Assembly: GCA_040954595.2 (NCBI GenBank)
Contig: CM082597.2
Coordinates: 9,393,778 to 9,457,777, forward strand
Length of the DNA: 64,000 bases
Reading direction: 5' to 3'
Source of the DNA: Balanoglossus misakiensis
Taxonomy: Eukaryota > Animalia > Hemichordata
The notes under the pieces were generated by a model, which saw nothing but the letters and a program-made list of their open reading frames with translations, was not told the DNA's origin and did not search any database. This document shows, in pieces, positions 25,065 through 36,713 of this stretch. How positions within the stretch are numbered: position 1 is the stretch's first letter; the number at the start of each line of letters is the position of its first letter. Both the position numbers and the translations under genes were made by a program.

Positions 25065-28000
25065 TAGACTGTGAGCCAGTATAGTATTACCTCACCCAGG
25101 GGGGGGGGGATTTTTTAGACTATGTTTTTCTGAAAGCCTATCATGTACTGAGTAAAATGCACTTTGTTTGCCATCTGGGCACCGGGGCGTTTTCCAGTTA
25201 TTGGCTTCTAAATTATAGTGTGTAACTTATGTAGGAAACCCTAAAAGTACATATAAATTGACGAAGGGGGTAAATTAGTCTAAGACTGACTCTGACTACT
25301 GACTCTCCGAACGTATACCTAGAACAACTGGGATATATTTGGTATTTGGTATCAAAAGAAAGCTTAATAAACAACTTTTCTATTAATTACCAAATAAAAG
25401 GGATATAACAAATCATGACATCATAGTGACATCATAAGTCAAAATACCCTTACGAAAATGGTGTTCTGTTCACCTATAAATGTGAGGTTTTGAAAAACAC
25501 ATCTCTGTGCAATTGTACTCATGAAAATTGTGATGTGTTTGGTATCAACAGAAAGCTGATTAAGTATCCAATTATTACAAAAATTGATACGGTAATCGAT
25601 TACTTCATCATTACGTCATAACTCAAAAACCTAAATCAAGTGCATTTTATTTTATTTTTGTCTCTATTTGTCAAAGTTAACTTGATATGAACAGCACTCT
25701 CATCAGGGAAGTTTTGTTGACGATGTTATTCGCACACCATAAATTAATGGTTTCGTTTTGGTACTTTGGCAGCAATTGAAGTCTGAGAAACACTGAATAT
25801 GCACATGGTAGGATAGTATAACATCTGATTTGTAGAGTATATTGCAGGGGCTGTAAAAGCACTATACGTTAAACGGAAGTGATAGCTTTCTTCAAATTTT
25901 CATATGAAAGACAAATATATGTAGGCTTATGGCAAGCCTCAGGGGTCTTAAGTATAGCAATAGTAGTATATGTTATACTATTATTATATTTTTATTATTA
26001 AAACATTTTATATTATTTACATACTTAACTATATTAAGGTATTCATTATTAAATGACTTATACACATTATCATAGTATTAATAAATAGTATGCTAGTATA
26101 TATAAAAAATTTGAAATTAAGGCTGGCCAGTAACATATTACTTTAATTCATTCATATAGTATTTTTTAATGTCGCTATCTATTGTTTAAATAGTAACAAA
26201 TAATTTAAATTTGTAGCATAATTATTCTCTAACATTATTAAAAGATGGTTAAAAATTATTTGATTATTATCTAAAAATATTATTCTATTTGGTAGCAAAA
26301 GGATCTGGTTTTTGGATAGTATTATATTATTTAATTGTATTGACAAATTATAATTTTGTTTGATAGTATGATTGTCATCTTGAAGATGTATGTTTTTAAA
26401 ATAATTATTTTATTTTTAAATACGAGAAAATGGTTGGTACATCACATCAATTTATTTTAACTTTATTTTTGTTATTTATTAAAATGGTGAAATGAATATA
26501 AACACAAATTTTTATATTTTAAGTGACTATGCTTTTATGTTAATGCTGTCGTCTGTTAGATGATCATTGAATAGCTTATGTTTTCCATGCATTATACATA
26601 GAGGGCGTATGTTTAAGCTATTCAAAGACTCTAAGACTTTAAGACTCTTTGCAAGTATTAAATGTTTTTATCATCATCATCATCATCATCAACAACAACA
26701 ACAACAACATGATTCATTCCTCTATTCCCTACGGTTGTAGTTCACGAACGTCAAATTCTTGGAGACAGCCATTACACTTTTCTTTGATCGTGATTAAAGG
26801 GTCGTCTGCAACAAGGGGTTTCGTTGACAGGTTTCTCTGGATTGGTCGTAGGTAAATCTTACTTTGAGGTCCGACATAATTATACAATAGTTCTCATATA
26901 TTCACCACAGAGACATCATATAATAATCACACATGACTTGGAGAATACATTGACTTTGAACTATATTTTGCCCTTTACGCTTAGATTACTTAATTTATGT
27001 CAGACCGTACTCGCGATTTGAAAGTTCTTGCCTCTCTGTGATTTTAGACTAGGTCACAATTCACGTCATACTTCTACGGATTGCTACATATAGAGTGAAT
27101 ATACGCGCACACACACACAATGCTACTCATGTAGCTATACCACGACCGGAAACTGGCGATCCGTGCTGACAGTGCTTTTCCAACGCCCAGGAGTATTTGA
27201 TTCGATTTCATTTTCAATGTTGAATTTCCCACAAATTGTTTTATCTCACCTGCAGTTTTCGGGGCTTGTTTACGTTTTTGTGCTTATGCAGCGAGTTCTG
27301 AGCGATCTTGTTTAGACCTACGTAAAACTTTGCAGTACCAGATGGCAACACACACTGGCGCATGTTGAAGCCCACACTCGAATAAACGTTACACAAGAAA
27401 GAATATTCATTCTGGCGAGTTTTTCACTCGACTTGTATCTACATTGTACAAGTCTGATGGAATTTAAGGGCAGCGAGAGAGAGACTGTGTCCCTTTACAG
27501 CATCTATATTGGATGAATGCTACCTCGCCAAAATTTTGGGATGTGGTAATTCTGATAAAGAACTAAGTAAAGCTGGTCCTCACCGGATAGAAAAAATTAT
27601 AGAATCCAGTAAACGCAGACATGATCATTTACACATTGATCTGCAAAATAAACTTGATGCTGATAAATCTTTGACAATACTATGCCATAGAAATTGTGTT
27701 TCTTCATACACCTCATCATACCATATCAATCGCCACCTGAAACGCACTGGGACAACAAGTTCGTCCAGTGAGCCCCCACTGAAAAGATATACACGTCAAT
27801 CAGATAGCAGTAAAGTGTTTGATTTTCGTGAACACTGTCTATTCTGTGGTGAAATTTGCGCCATACATGCACACCCACGCAACCCAACTAGATGGCGAAA
27901 AGCTTTTCTTTGTAGAACAGCAGATCGTCCTGGCAAACAGTCATTTAAAGATACGATTTTAGATGTGTGTAAATCTCGTCAAGATGAGAGGGCAGAACAA

Positions 28001-29389
28001 GTAGAAGTGCGACTTCAGGGGGAAATCAGTGACCTGCATGCTGCAGATGCTCGTTACCATGATGACTGTAGGAAAAACTTCATGGCAATACGTTCTGTTG
28101 CATTTGCTTCGAAAGAACCTGATGATCAGACAAAGGACTTTGCATTTGAAGCTGTCACAAATGATATGAGATCAGATGTCTGACATGTATGGACCTCTGT
28201 GGAGATACACAATTCTTACATAGAGCATGGTGGAACTTGTTTGTCTAGAAGCAAGCTTATCAAACAATTAACCAAGGTCTTCAATGAAGAACTTGTGGTA
28301 TTGTCATCCCCAGGGCTTGCAAATATCCTCCTGTTTCGCAACAGAGCCTCTGACTTGTTGAGAATAGAGGAGCTTGAAGAGGAAGATACGTTTATTGACA
28401 TTGTTGCAAAACAGATTGTGAGAGAATGTAAGGAAGTGTGCCCGGATCAAAATAGGTATAATACCCGAATTAACAAAGCTATCGCTATAGAGGAAGCAAG
28501 TTCTACTTTACTTTCTATATTGTCCAATCTGTCAGAGAAACTCAGTCGCATTCTTCCTGCTATTCTCATAGGAAACATGTTTACAGGTATTCTCAGAAAT
28601 ACACCATCCTCTCTCCAGGTTGCACTAGGTGTTCAAATTAGAGAAAAAAAACAAAATTGAAAGTTTGTACGAGTATGGGATATCATGTTCGTATGATGAG
28701 GTATTGAGGTTTAAGGCCTCTGCTGCTGCTGCAGCAGCTGAAGATGTGAACAGCAATCTACAATCAATATCGGATTCGAGTGTAGGGTTGATTCAGGCAG
28801 TGGCTGATAATTTTGATGCCAATATTTCCTCCCAGAATGGTCTCCGATCAACACATGCATTAGCATTGCTTGTGACTCAAGAAAAATGAATTGTTCACAA
28901 TACAGACAGTAGCAGAGAGACTGTAAAGCACATAAAGAAAGAAGAAATGCGAAAACAGGTGGTTTCAGACATGGAAGTCAAGCGTTATGAGGGTCCAAAG
29001 AAGCCACGCATGACAGTGGGTGACATTAATAAATCTGTACTGCCATTGAAGATATTAGCAGAACAAGCAGTAATGTATACTAGAGCAAAGGAGCTAGATT
29101 TTGAATTTCTGAAGTCTGTAACTGGAATACCAAGAACTCCAGAATTTGGAGGTTTTAACACAAGACTAGCACGTGAGGAAGGTCAGAGACTCAAACCAGC
29201 AACACAGGCAATGTACACCCAACTGATAGACATGGTACCCTCACATCCAGATACCATGATGACTGCCATGTCTGAGGCTCAGAGACTGACAGTTCAGTGT
29301 GGACAAACATACACAGTGTTCACAGCAGATCAGCAACTGCACCGTGTAATGGTAAATGTTTTGTTGGTGCATCCACAGTTGTTCCCTAA

Positions 29390-30818
29390 GGGAGCCGTCA
29401 TTATTTATGGCCTGGGGGGGTCGGAGGAATCAAGGGGGGGGGGGGGGGGTTCTCAAAAATTGGAAGGCTGCAGGGGGGTTTCTCAAAAATTGTAGATGAA
29501 GAGGGGGGGGTCACTCATTTTTGGGAAATGTATCAAAGTTTTTCAACTGAAAGATTTAGTTGTGTGCTGTGCAAGTGCTGCAGCGCTCCGCGACCTCTGG
29601 TCGCGGAACACCAGAGTGTCCACACTGCACTATCAAAGTATTTTTCCCAAAATTTGCTGATAAAGTGAAGATGACAGTGGTGACGATATAGTACCTGTAC
29701 AGTCATTTCCAACAGTTGTTACAAGAGGGGGAAGGACAGCCGGATCATGGCGGAATGCTCCCAGCAGATACCTATATTAGCACATAGAACTGAACTACCT
29801 GAACTGTTGTTAATTCACAGAAATATATTTTCACCAACAAAGTTTGATAATCATTTTGACTTTTAACGATGCCTGTCCAAATTACACAATGCTACTTGAT
29901 GGTTACTGGTTATGGGTGAGTTTTTACGGTAATCATTATTTAGTTGTGACTTTGAGATTGTTTTGTTGTTTCACCCTTTTCAATCCATCATGATGCAACT
30001 GATGATCACCTACAATATAGCAGGGTGAACCTGGAGTTGAAAGGTCTTTTACTACACTACTGTAATAGTGAACACCTATTGCCTGGCCATGAGGGCCATA
30101 GCGGCCGTTTATTACACCCGAGGGGCTGTGAGTTACCAGAATCATATGCAATTATATTATACCAGTATATTGATGGTGTAAATCACGCTATTTGATTGGT
30201 CAACACACGACACGTGACCGTGATATATTAGCCATATACCACAGTCATATATCATAGTCAAAGAAAATGCCTTTTTAAAATGTTTTATGCAAAGTTTCAA
30301 TATACTGGCATAATATAATAGCAATAAAACACCCCCAGCCATGGTATACCACTCGATTTTGACCAGTACAACTCCATATACGCACTCGCTATCGCTCGTG
30401 CGTATATGTTGTGAACTGGTCAAAATCTCGTGGTATACCATGGCTGGGGGTGTTTTATTGCTTAAATAGCGTATGATTCTGGTAACTCACAGTCACGAGG
30501 GGGTAAAAACGGCTGCTATGGCCCGAATATAGGCCAATAATAGCATATGATTCTGGTAACTCACAGCCCCTCGGGTGTAATAAACGGCCGCTATGGCCCT
30601 CATGGCCAGGCAATAGGTGTTCAATACAGATACATGTATTGATATGTAGTTGTTCCGGTTTTAGGGGGGCCAGTCGAAATTTCTGTGTTGGAAGGGGGGG
30701 GGGGTTCTCAAAATCTGCATGCTTGGCAGGGGGGGTTTCTCAAAATGTTGGAGTTTCTAGTGTAATTCCTCCGACCCCCCCCCCCCCCCCCACCAGGCCG
30801 TAAATAATGACGGCTCCC
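29390..30818. mobile_element. PIF/Harbinger-type non-autonomous element inside the Academ ORF
   Basis: TIRs GGGAGCCGTCATTATTTA(T/C)GGCCTGG and TSD TAA. Removing it restores ..QLFPNFVPRLGGM.. Confidence 0.9.
30066..30626. mobile_element. Palindromic non-autonomous element (Crypton-like); second copy at 56771-57329
   Basis: ~80-bp inverted ends TGAACACCTATTGCCTGGCCATGAGGGCC..CAGAATCATATGC with no clear TSD. It contains further hairpin modules (~30147-30320 and 30320-30465). Confidence 0.7.
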
Positions 30819-31445
30819 TAACTTTGTTCCTAGGCTGGGAGGCATGTACATGCTGATGAGCTTTGTAGGATGCATTGGTGTATTGATGGCAAACAGTGGT
30901 CTTGAAGATGTGTTAAAGGCTGCGTTTGGAGGGGTAGCTCGTATGCTTACTGGAAAGAACAGAATGTAAGAGCCCTGCGTATGGTGCGTGAAGAAGTCTT
31001 ATGCAATGTCATACAACAAGTTGACAGCTATGATGATCTGCTGTTTCAATTAGAGGGTATATTTTGCAACTGCTATAGGATGAACAGGTGTCGGAATAGA
31101 TGGACCCAAGATGTTTCAGAATCAAGTGATGAGGATGATGTGGCAGATGGTGCTGAAGACGATAATGAAGAAGACATTATCCTTCACTAGTATTGACCAT
31201 TCTGATACTGGAGGTTTTTACATTCTAAAGCTTCTACGACAGGGTATTGGACAATCCTTACTGGATTGGATTCATAATATAAATTAGGAGTTATCTAATT
31301 TAAAGAATTGTTTGTGATTAATGGATTAGAAATGAGTGATGTCTGCTGATTATCTGTCTGGGTAAACTTTGTTGATACCATTATGGCTGTTCCATTTACA
31401 GCGATTTCTAGTTAGAGGAGTTAGACAATTCGATCTTTGGGGGGA

Positions 31446-31479
<34 letters not shown>

Positions 31480-31687
31480 GGGGGGGGGGGGGTCAGAATT
31501 TAAAAAAAATACAAGTTTGAAAGGCATCACCTGTAATAAAAAAGATGCAAAAATGTTGATGTTATACCATTTTCTATAAACAATATTCGCAATCAAGGTA
31601 AGCAGAATTGTTTTTGTCAACTGATCTCCCCCCCCCCCAAAAAAAACAAAACAAAAAAACTATCAAATGGTTGGTGGCCATCTTGGT

Positions 31688-32433
31688 GGCTAGTTATACT
31701 TTGCGAAACAACGAAACAGCGAAACGAAACAGCGAAACGACGAAACCATTATTAAAATAGGGGCCAGTCATCAAGACGGTGGCGTATTATTATTTTAAAA
31801 GTTTCCAAATAAGTTCCCGGTCTGCGGCCTGGTACTAGTGGTTGCGCGCCAAAAAAGAATCCCGCCCCAAAAGGTCAATGTACGAGTATATTCACAGGGC
31901 TAAGGATTAGTTGAAACAAAGCAGTAGTGTCCGTAAGCTTTCGAGGGTCAAACACTGATGGGGGGTAAGAGTAGTAGTTATATATAGAAACACATGTAAC
32001 TCACACAACACAGTATCATTGTCGAAATTTCTTTATTATCTTAATTGCAATTCATGCCTCCCCGCCTTGTGGTATTTAAGGAAATAGTGACAGTTGCTGC
32101 CGCATTTTGAGGTTTCGATCTTTTGTGGTTTCGTTGTGTGCGCGCGCGTATATTCACAGTTTGGCATGAATCGTTTGCGCGCACAAGACGTCGACTCTAC
32201 CACTACATAGTACCAGGCCGCAGACCAGGAACTGGCGACCCGCCGTTTGTTTCCAACGCCAAATTCTAATGTTGAATTTCCGAGAAAACAATTTATCTGA
32301 CCTGTAGTTTTCTTGGCTCGCTTACGTTTTAATTTGGAAACTTTAAAAAAAATCATACGCCACCGTCTTGATGACTGGCCCCTATTTTAATAATGGTTTC
32401 GTCGTTTCGTTGTTTCGCAAAGTATAACTAGCC
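31688..32433. mobile_element. MITE with GGCTAG termini and 8-bp TSD (Merlin-like)
   Basis: ~100-bp TIRs GGCTAGTTATACTTTGCGAAAC.. containing (CGAAAC) repeats; TSD ATCTTGGT on both sides. Confidence 0.82.
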
Positions 32434-33360
32434 ATCTTGGTGGCCATCCCTGATTTCTCAAAACTCTCAATGGTGCCAAGGTGGCATCATTCAGATTGGG
32501 GTTAAGGACATGCTATAGTTGAGTAAACTGCAAAAAAACAATTGTGCGGACTGTTTTTTGGGGGTTTCGAGGCCTGCCACTGGACTAGAAATAAAAGACG
32601 ACTTCTCAACTTCAAAGATATAATTTCTGCAAAGAAATCTGAGCTATGTTCTGTACTTCCTGCTGTAAATTCATTCACTGGAAGTGATACCACAAGTGCC
32701 TTTGTAAGACGTGGTAAAGTGGGACCATTAAAAATAGTTGAGAAATATCCTGAATTTTTGACCACATTTGCATTTACCTTGGAACACACAGTGATGTGTC
32801 AGATAAAACTGTCAAAGAATTGGAAAAGTTTGTTTGCTACATGTATGGGAAAGGTCAGTACACTGATATTGACAAACTTCGTTATGATCTTTTCACACAA
32901 ACGTATCAAGCAAAATCAAGATATGTATTGACAAGCTACGATGGCATTGACCTGAGCCTTCTACCACCATGTAGCTAGACTTCTCTTCAGATACATATAT
33001 AGAGAGCTAACTATCAAGCGCTAATTTGGAACCATGCCCATGTCAACAGTCCTGAGATTTCTAGTCTTTCAGGAGATGGGTGGAAACAAGATGAAAGTGG
33101 CATTCTATCGTATGAGTGGACACATTTTTCCACAAGCATTGGTAGACATATTATGCCAGTCCACTCCAGAGGGTGTTTCAGATGACAGTGTAGGGGATGG
33201 CATGGCTAATAATGGTGATGATGATAATTATGAAGCTGGGGAGGGCGAGGTTGAGGTTGCAGACAGCATGATGGACACCGTTTTTGAAGACAGCGATGAT
33301 GGAGGTAATTGATGACCTATTATATTGATTTCTTGTGTGCATTATTACCAAAACCACCCA

Positions 33361-34280
33361 TGTGGCTGAAGCCATGCAAAAACAAAGGAATTTCGTATTT
33401 TTAATTATGAGGGATATGCACGAACAGTTTGTTGCTTTAAAACCTTACTCCATAAAAATAGTTCCCTTTTTGTTACGAGTTTCGATGTTGTAGACTTTTA
33501 ATTTTCACAGAGAAAGATGTTGTGATTTTATGTGTACCTTTGAAGGTCATTGTGAACACATCGACAAACCATATTTCGCCCAAAAGTTTTACAAGTAGTC
33601 CATCTACGATTGTCATATCACTACACATTTTTTCCTCGTGTTTTCGACTTCGCTATGGGACGGTGAAGTACACCCTCGTCTCTCGTTTCGCACCCTTCGA
33701 TATTTCGTTCGTATTTCGAAACTTCCCGACCACAAGGCTTTACAAGTCGCCAGCGAGGTAATATATCTTTCGGTATTCTTACAGATATGAATTGTATTTC
33801 GTGAAACTTTATTGTAATTAGACTTTGACGAGTTGTCTGCATCTTGTACATCAGTCACGTACATCGAACTGTGTTGCTTGCACATATCTGTTTTCGATTG
33901 AAATCATTCTCGATTTTTGTATATGTAATTCTTTCGATTTGACATTTTTGTATTTGTATTTATGTTTCAGTTTTTACGGTCTTGGTCTATTCGAGACAAG
34001 GTCTATTACGGTCTAAGACTATTCGGTTTACTCGGTCTTTTCGTACCACGGTTTATTCGGTCTATTCGAATCAGTCTCGGTCATTCTCGAGGTCTATTTG
34101 GCCTATTCGCATCGAGGTCTGCGCACATCTCGTCTTTCGAAGTCTTTCGACTATTGTGTACAGTCTCGTACGGTCGCTTTCGGCGATCGCTCGATCGATT
34201 TATCGATAATAAACCGAAGACCCGTATATGGAAACTCGACTCTGACTTTTGAATATTACGGAAAGGCTTTGGCGGTCACA
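33361..34280 (+). repeat. 5' LTR of the BEL/Pao element
   Basis: TGTGGC..GTCACA. By eye I saw one difference from the 3' LTR (TGTGATTTTA vs TGTGACTTTA). Confidence 0.97.
33967..33977 (+). promoter_or_regulatory. Initiator-like TCAGTT, the predicted LTR transcription start; complementary to the PBS position
   Basis: Matches the TCAKTY Inr consensus and lies upstream of AATAAA at ~34208. AGTTTTTAC is the reverse complement of 34281-34289. Confidence 0.5.
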
Positions 34281-34943
34281 GTAAAAACTCGCTCGCAAGT
34301 AAAAACTCGAGCGCGAGTAGGAACTCGGACCTTCGAAACAGAACTCGGAACGGACGTAAGTCTTTCAACGATTTTATTGCTGTTCGATCTGGAGGTGAAA
34401 TTATCGTCCTACATCATTGTGTGTGACGTCATCGGTTCAGCCGAAGACTCGGCGTAGAGGGCGCCGTTACATGATTCAGCTGTTGAATCAACCCATGAAG
34501 ACTACAGACTGCAGAGAAGTGGAGATGTTCAGCGACTGTTAACAGAAGCAGCAGATTGAACATTCTGGACACTCTCCTTCGGAATTAGGACAGAATATTG
34601 AACATTGACTTTGAACATTAATATTTAACTTTGAACTCTGAGCACATTTCCTCATTGTCATTTTGGCTTGTGTGCATGTGTGATTTGAACATTCAGTTTT
34701 ATCAATGTCCCCAAATTGTGCACATTAGTGTCACTCGTATCAGCCTTTGCGATACAAAGAGTCTCCTTTGTTGAAACTCACACAGTTTTGTATTTGTCAA
34801 AGTGTTTGAAATTGTTCACTGTCAGTACCCGGCATCAAATTGCTTGTGTTACTCCCTCGGGTTTAGATTTCTAAATTTGTATCTACACTGAATAGTCACA
34901 GTGATTGTTTCAGCTCTCTAGTTGTGTTCACCCAAGTTCAACT

Positions 34944-36713
34944 ATGGCCGAAAAGGACACACAGGAATCAGTGCCAACCGCTGATGATCAAGGTAAGCCT
35001 GATGAAACAGATCAAATTGTAACAAAGGCAGAGATTCATGAAACTGAAATGGATGAAAATGTGTATACATTACGCAGATCAGAACGAGTACCCAAGCTTA
35101 CTGAGAAAGCTAGGGAAGGTAAGTTAATTGATTTGGAGAAGCAGTTCTGGCGTACTCACAATCGGTTGTTGTCATTTGTGAAAAACCCTGACATATTCGA
35201 CAAAGAGTCTGTAGAAAACATATATACTATTTTGAAAGAAATAGAGCGCGAGCGCACTGTTTTGATTGAAATTCATGATCAGATACGCGCCATGTCGGAC
35301 ACCCCCTTAGAGGATGTATTGAAAGCCGTCGATCGTTTGAATTTGCGCGTGGATAGTGTCATCAATTATGCACAGCGACTGATTGCGCGAGCCGATGCTC
35401 ATAGCTCAGTTTCATTCGGATCCGTGCCTTCAAATCACACAAAGTCGAGCTCTAGGTCATCCAAACGATCCAGCTCTTCCAGTACGTCATCAGTACGGAG
35501 AAACGCTGCTGTCAGGGCAGCTGCCCTACAGGCGGAAATCGAGGCAAAACATGAAGAGACAGCACATGAAGAGGAATTGGAACACTTAGAGGCAGAAGAA
35601 AAAAGACGCCAAGAAGAAGCTGAGGCAGAAATACGCCGTAAGAAAAGAGTGCTAGAAAGACAGAAATTAGTAGGAGAACTACATGTGGAGAAAGCGAAGA
35701 TAGCTGCTTGTGAAAGAGAAGAACTACTTTACAACCTGCCATTAGCGAAGACTGTGTTGCCACCGGTGACAAGCGAGTTGCCTGTCGTGAAGACTGAACC
35801 GATCAGCCAGTCGACACCAGCTGCTCACATTCCCGCGCGTACTGTAAAAGCAGAACCAGTCACCCCGCCGACTACCAAGCCGTCGACGTCGCAACCGAAA
35901 CCACAAGATTATACACTACGTGCAACAGCAAATGAATATCGCCCATCGGAGAACAGAGAAGACCTCAAGGTACTGACAGACGCCTTGGCAACATCTGTGT
36001 CCTTGAGCAGACTTGCTACACCCGAACCACCAATATTCATGGGAGACCCACTTTCTTATCCAGATTGGATATCTTCTTTTACCACTTTAGTTGAATCACG
36101 AGGGGTCCCACCAATCGAAAGAATCCATCACCTGAAGAAGTATTTGGGTGGTCCTGCTAAGGAAGCAGTCGCCGGATGCTTCTTACTCCGAAGTGAAGGA
36201 GCATACGAAGAGGCAAGAACCATTCTGGAAGAACGATACGGTAATTCTTTCGCCGTAACAGAGGCCTTCAGAGAAAAAATCGAAAGATGGCCGAGAATCT
36301 CCGGCAAGGACGGGAAAGCATTGCGAAAGTTCGCAGACTTCTTGAAACAATGCCGGATTGCGATGAAGGATATCCCAGACCTCGCAGTGCTGAACGATAT
36401 CCACGAAAATAGGAAAATGCTCCAGAAGTTACCGGACTGGCTCGTAAACAGATGGAGCAGGATCGTAGCAAAAATAAAAAAGGCTACGAACGCATACCCC
36501 CCATTCGAAAGATTTGTCTGCTTCATGATGGAGGAGGCAGATATTGCATGTGACCCATTGACCTCAATCGGCTCGGAATGTGAAAACTCCGACCAGCACC
36601 AGGAGGCGCACCCCAGGTGCACGTACGCTCTCGACCACAGCAAAACCAGGGGCGGTAAACCAGTCGTGTGTTTTCTGCAAAAAGACTGGGCACGCTATAC
36701 AGGAATGTTATAG
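34944..36713 (+). CDS. BEL/Pao Gag region (DUF1759-like)
   Basis: PEPPIFMGDPLSYPDW, HHLKKYLGGPAKEAV, LEERYG, KLPDWLVNRW. The Gag zinc knuckles continue in the next frame. Confidence 0.88.
   Translation: MAEKDTQESVPTADDQGKPDETDQIVTKAEIHETEMDENVYTLRRSERVPKLTEKAREGKLIDLEKQFWRTHNRLLSFVKNPDIFDKESVENIYTILKEIERERTVLIEIHDQIRAMSDTPLEDVLKAVDRLNLRVDSVINYAQRLIARADAHSSVSFGSVPSNHTKSSSRSSKRSSSSSTSSVRRNAAVRAAALQAEIEAKHEETAHEEELEHLEAEEKRRQEEAEAEIRRKKRVLERQKLVGELHVEKAKIAACEREELLYNLPLAKTVLPPVTSELPVVKTEPISQSTPAAHIPARTVKAEPVTPPTTKPSTSQPKPQDYTLRATANEYRPSENREDLKVLTDALATSVSLSRLATPEPPIFMGDPLSYPDWISSFTTLVESRGVPPIERIHHLKKYLGGPAKEAVAGCFLLRSEGAYEEARTILEERYGNSFAVTEAFREKIERWPRISGKDGKALRKFADFLKQCRIAMKDIPDLAVLNDIHENRKMLQKLPDWLVNRWSRIVAKIKKATNAYPPFERFVCFMMEEADIACDPLTSIGSECENSDQHQEAHPRCTYALDHSKTRGGKPVVCFLQKDWARYTGML

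Larger units (their letters stand above)
27509..33312 (+). pseudogene. Fragmented Academ transposase/XPG-like coding sequence
   Basis: CLFCG, DLHAADARYH, SYDEVLRFK, ADNFDANISSQNGLRSTHAL, TADQQL, FVPRLGGMYMLMSFVGCIG, FTGSDTTSAF..GK, LLPPC..RANYQALIW. Many stops, frameshifts and insertions. Confidence 0.85.

Noticed and set aside
31700-31750. (CGAAAC) short repeats resembling an array
   Set aside because: They are subterminal repeats of the MITE TIR, mirrored at 32395-32420; not CRISPR.
33522-34457. Short ORFs duplicated at 41352-42143
   Set aside because: They lie in the BEL LTRs and have no protein motifs; their identity reflects LTR duplication.
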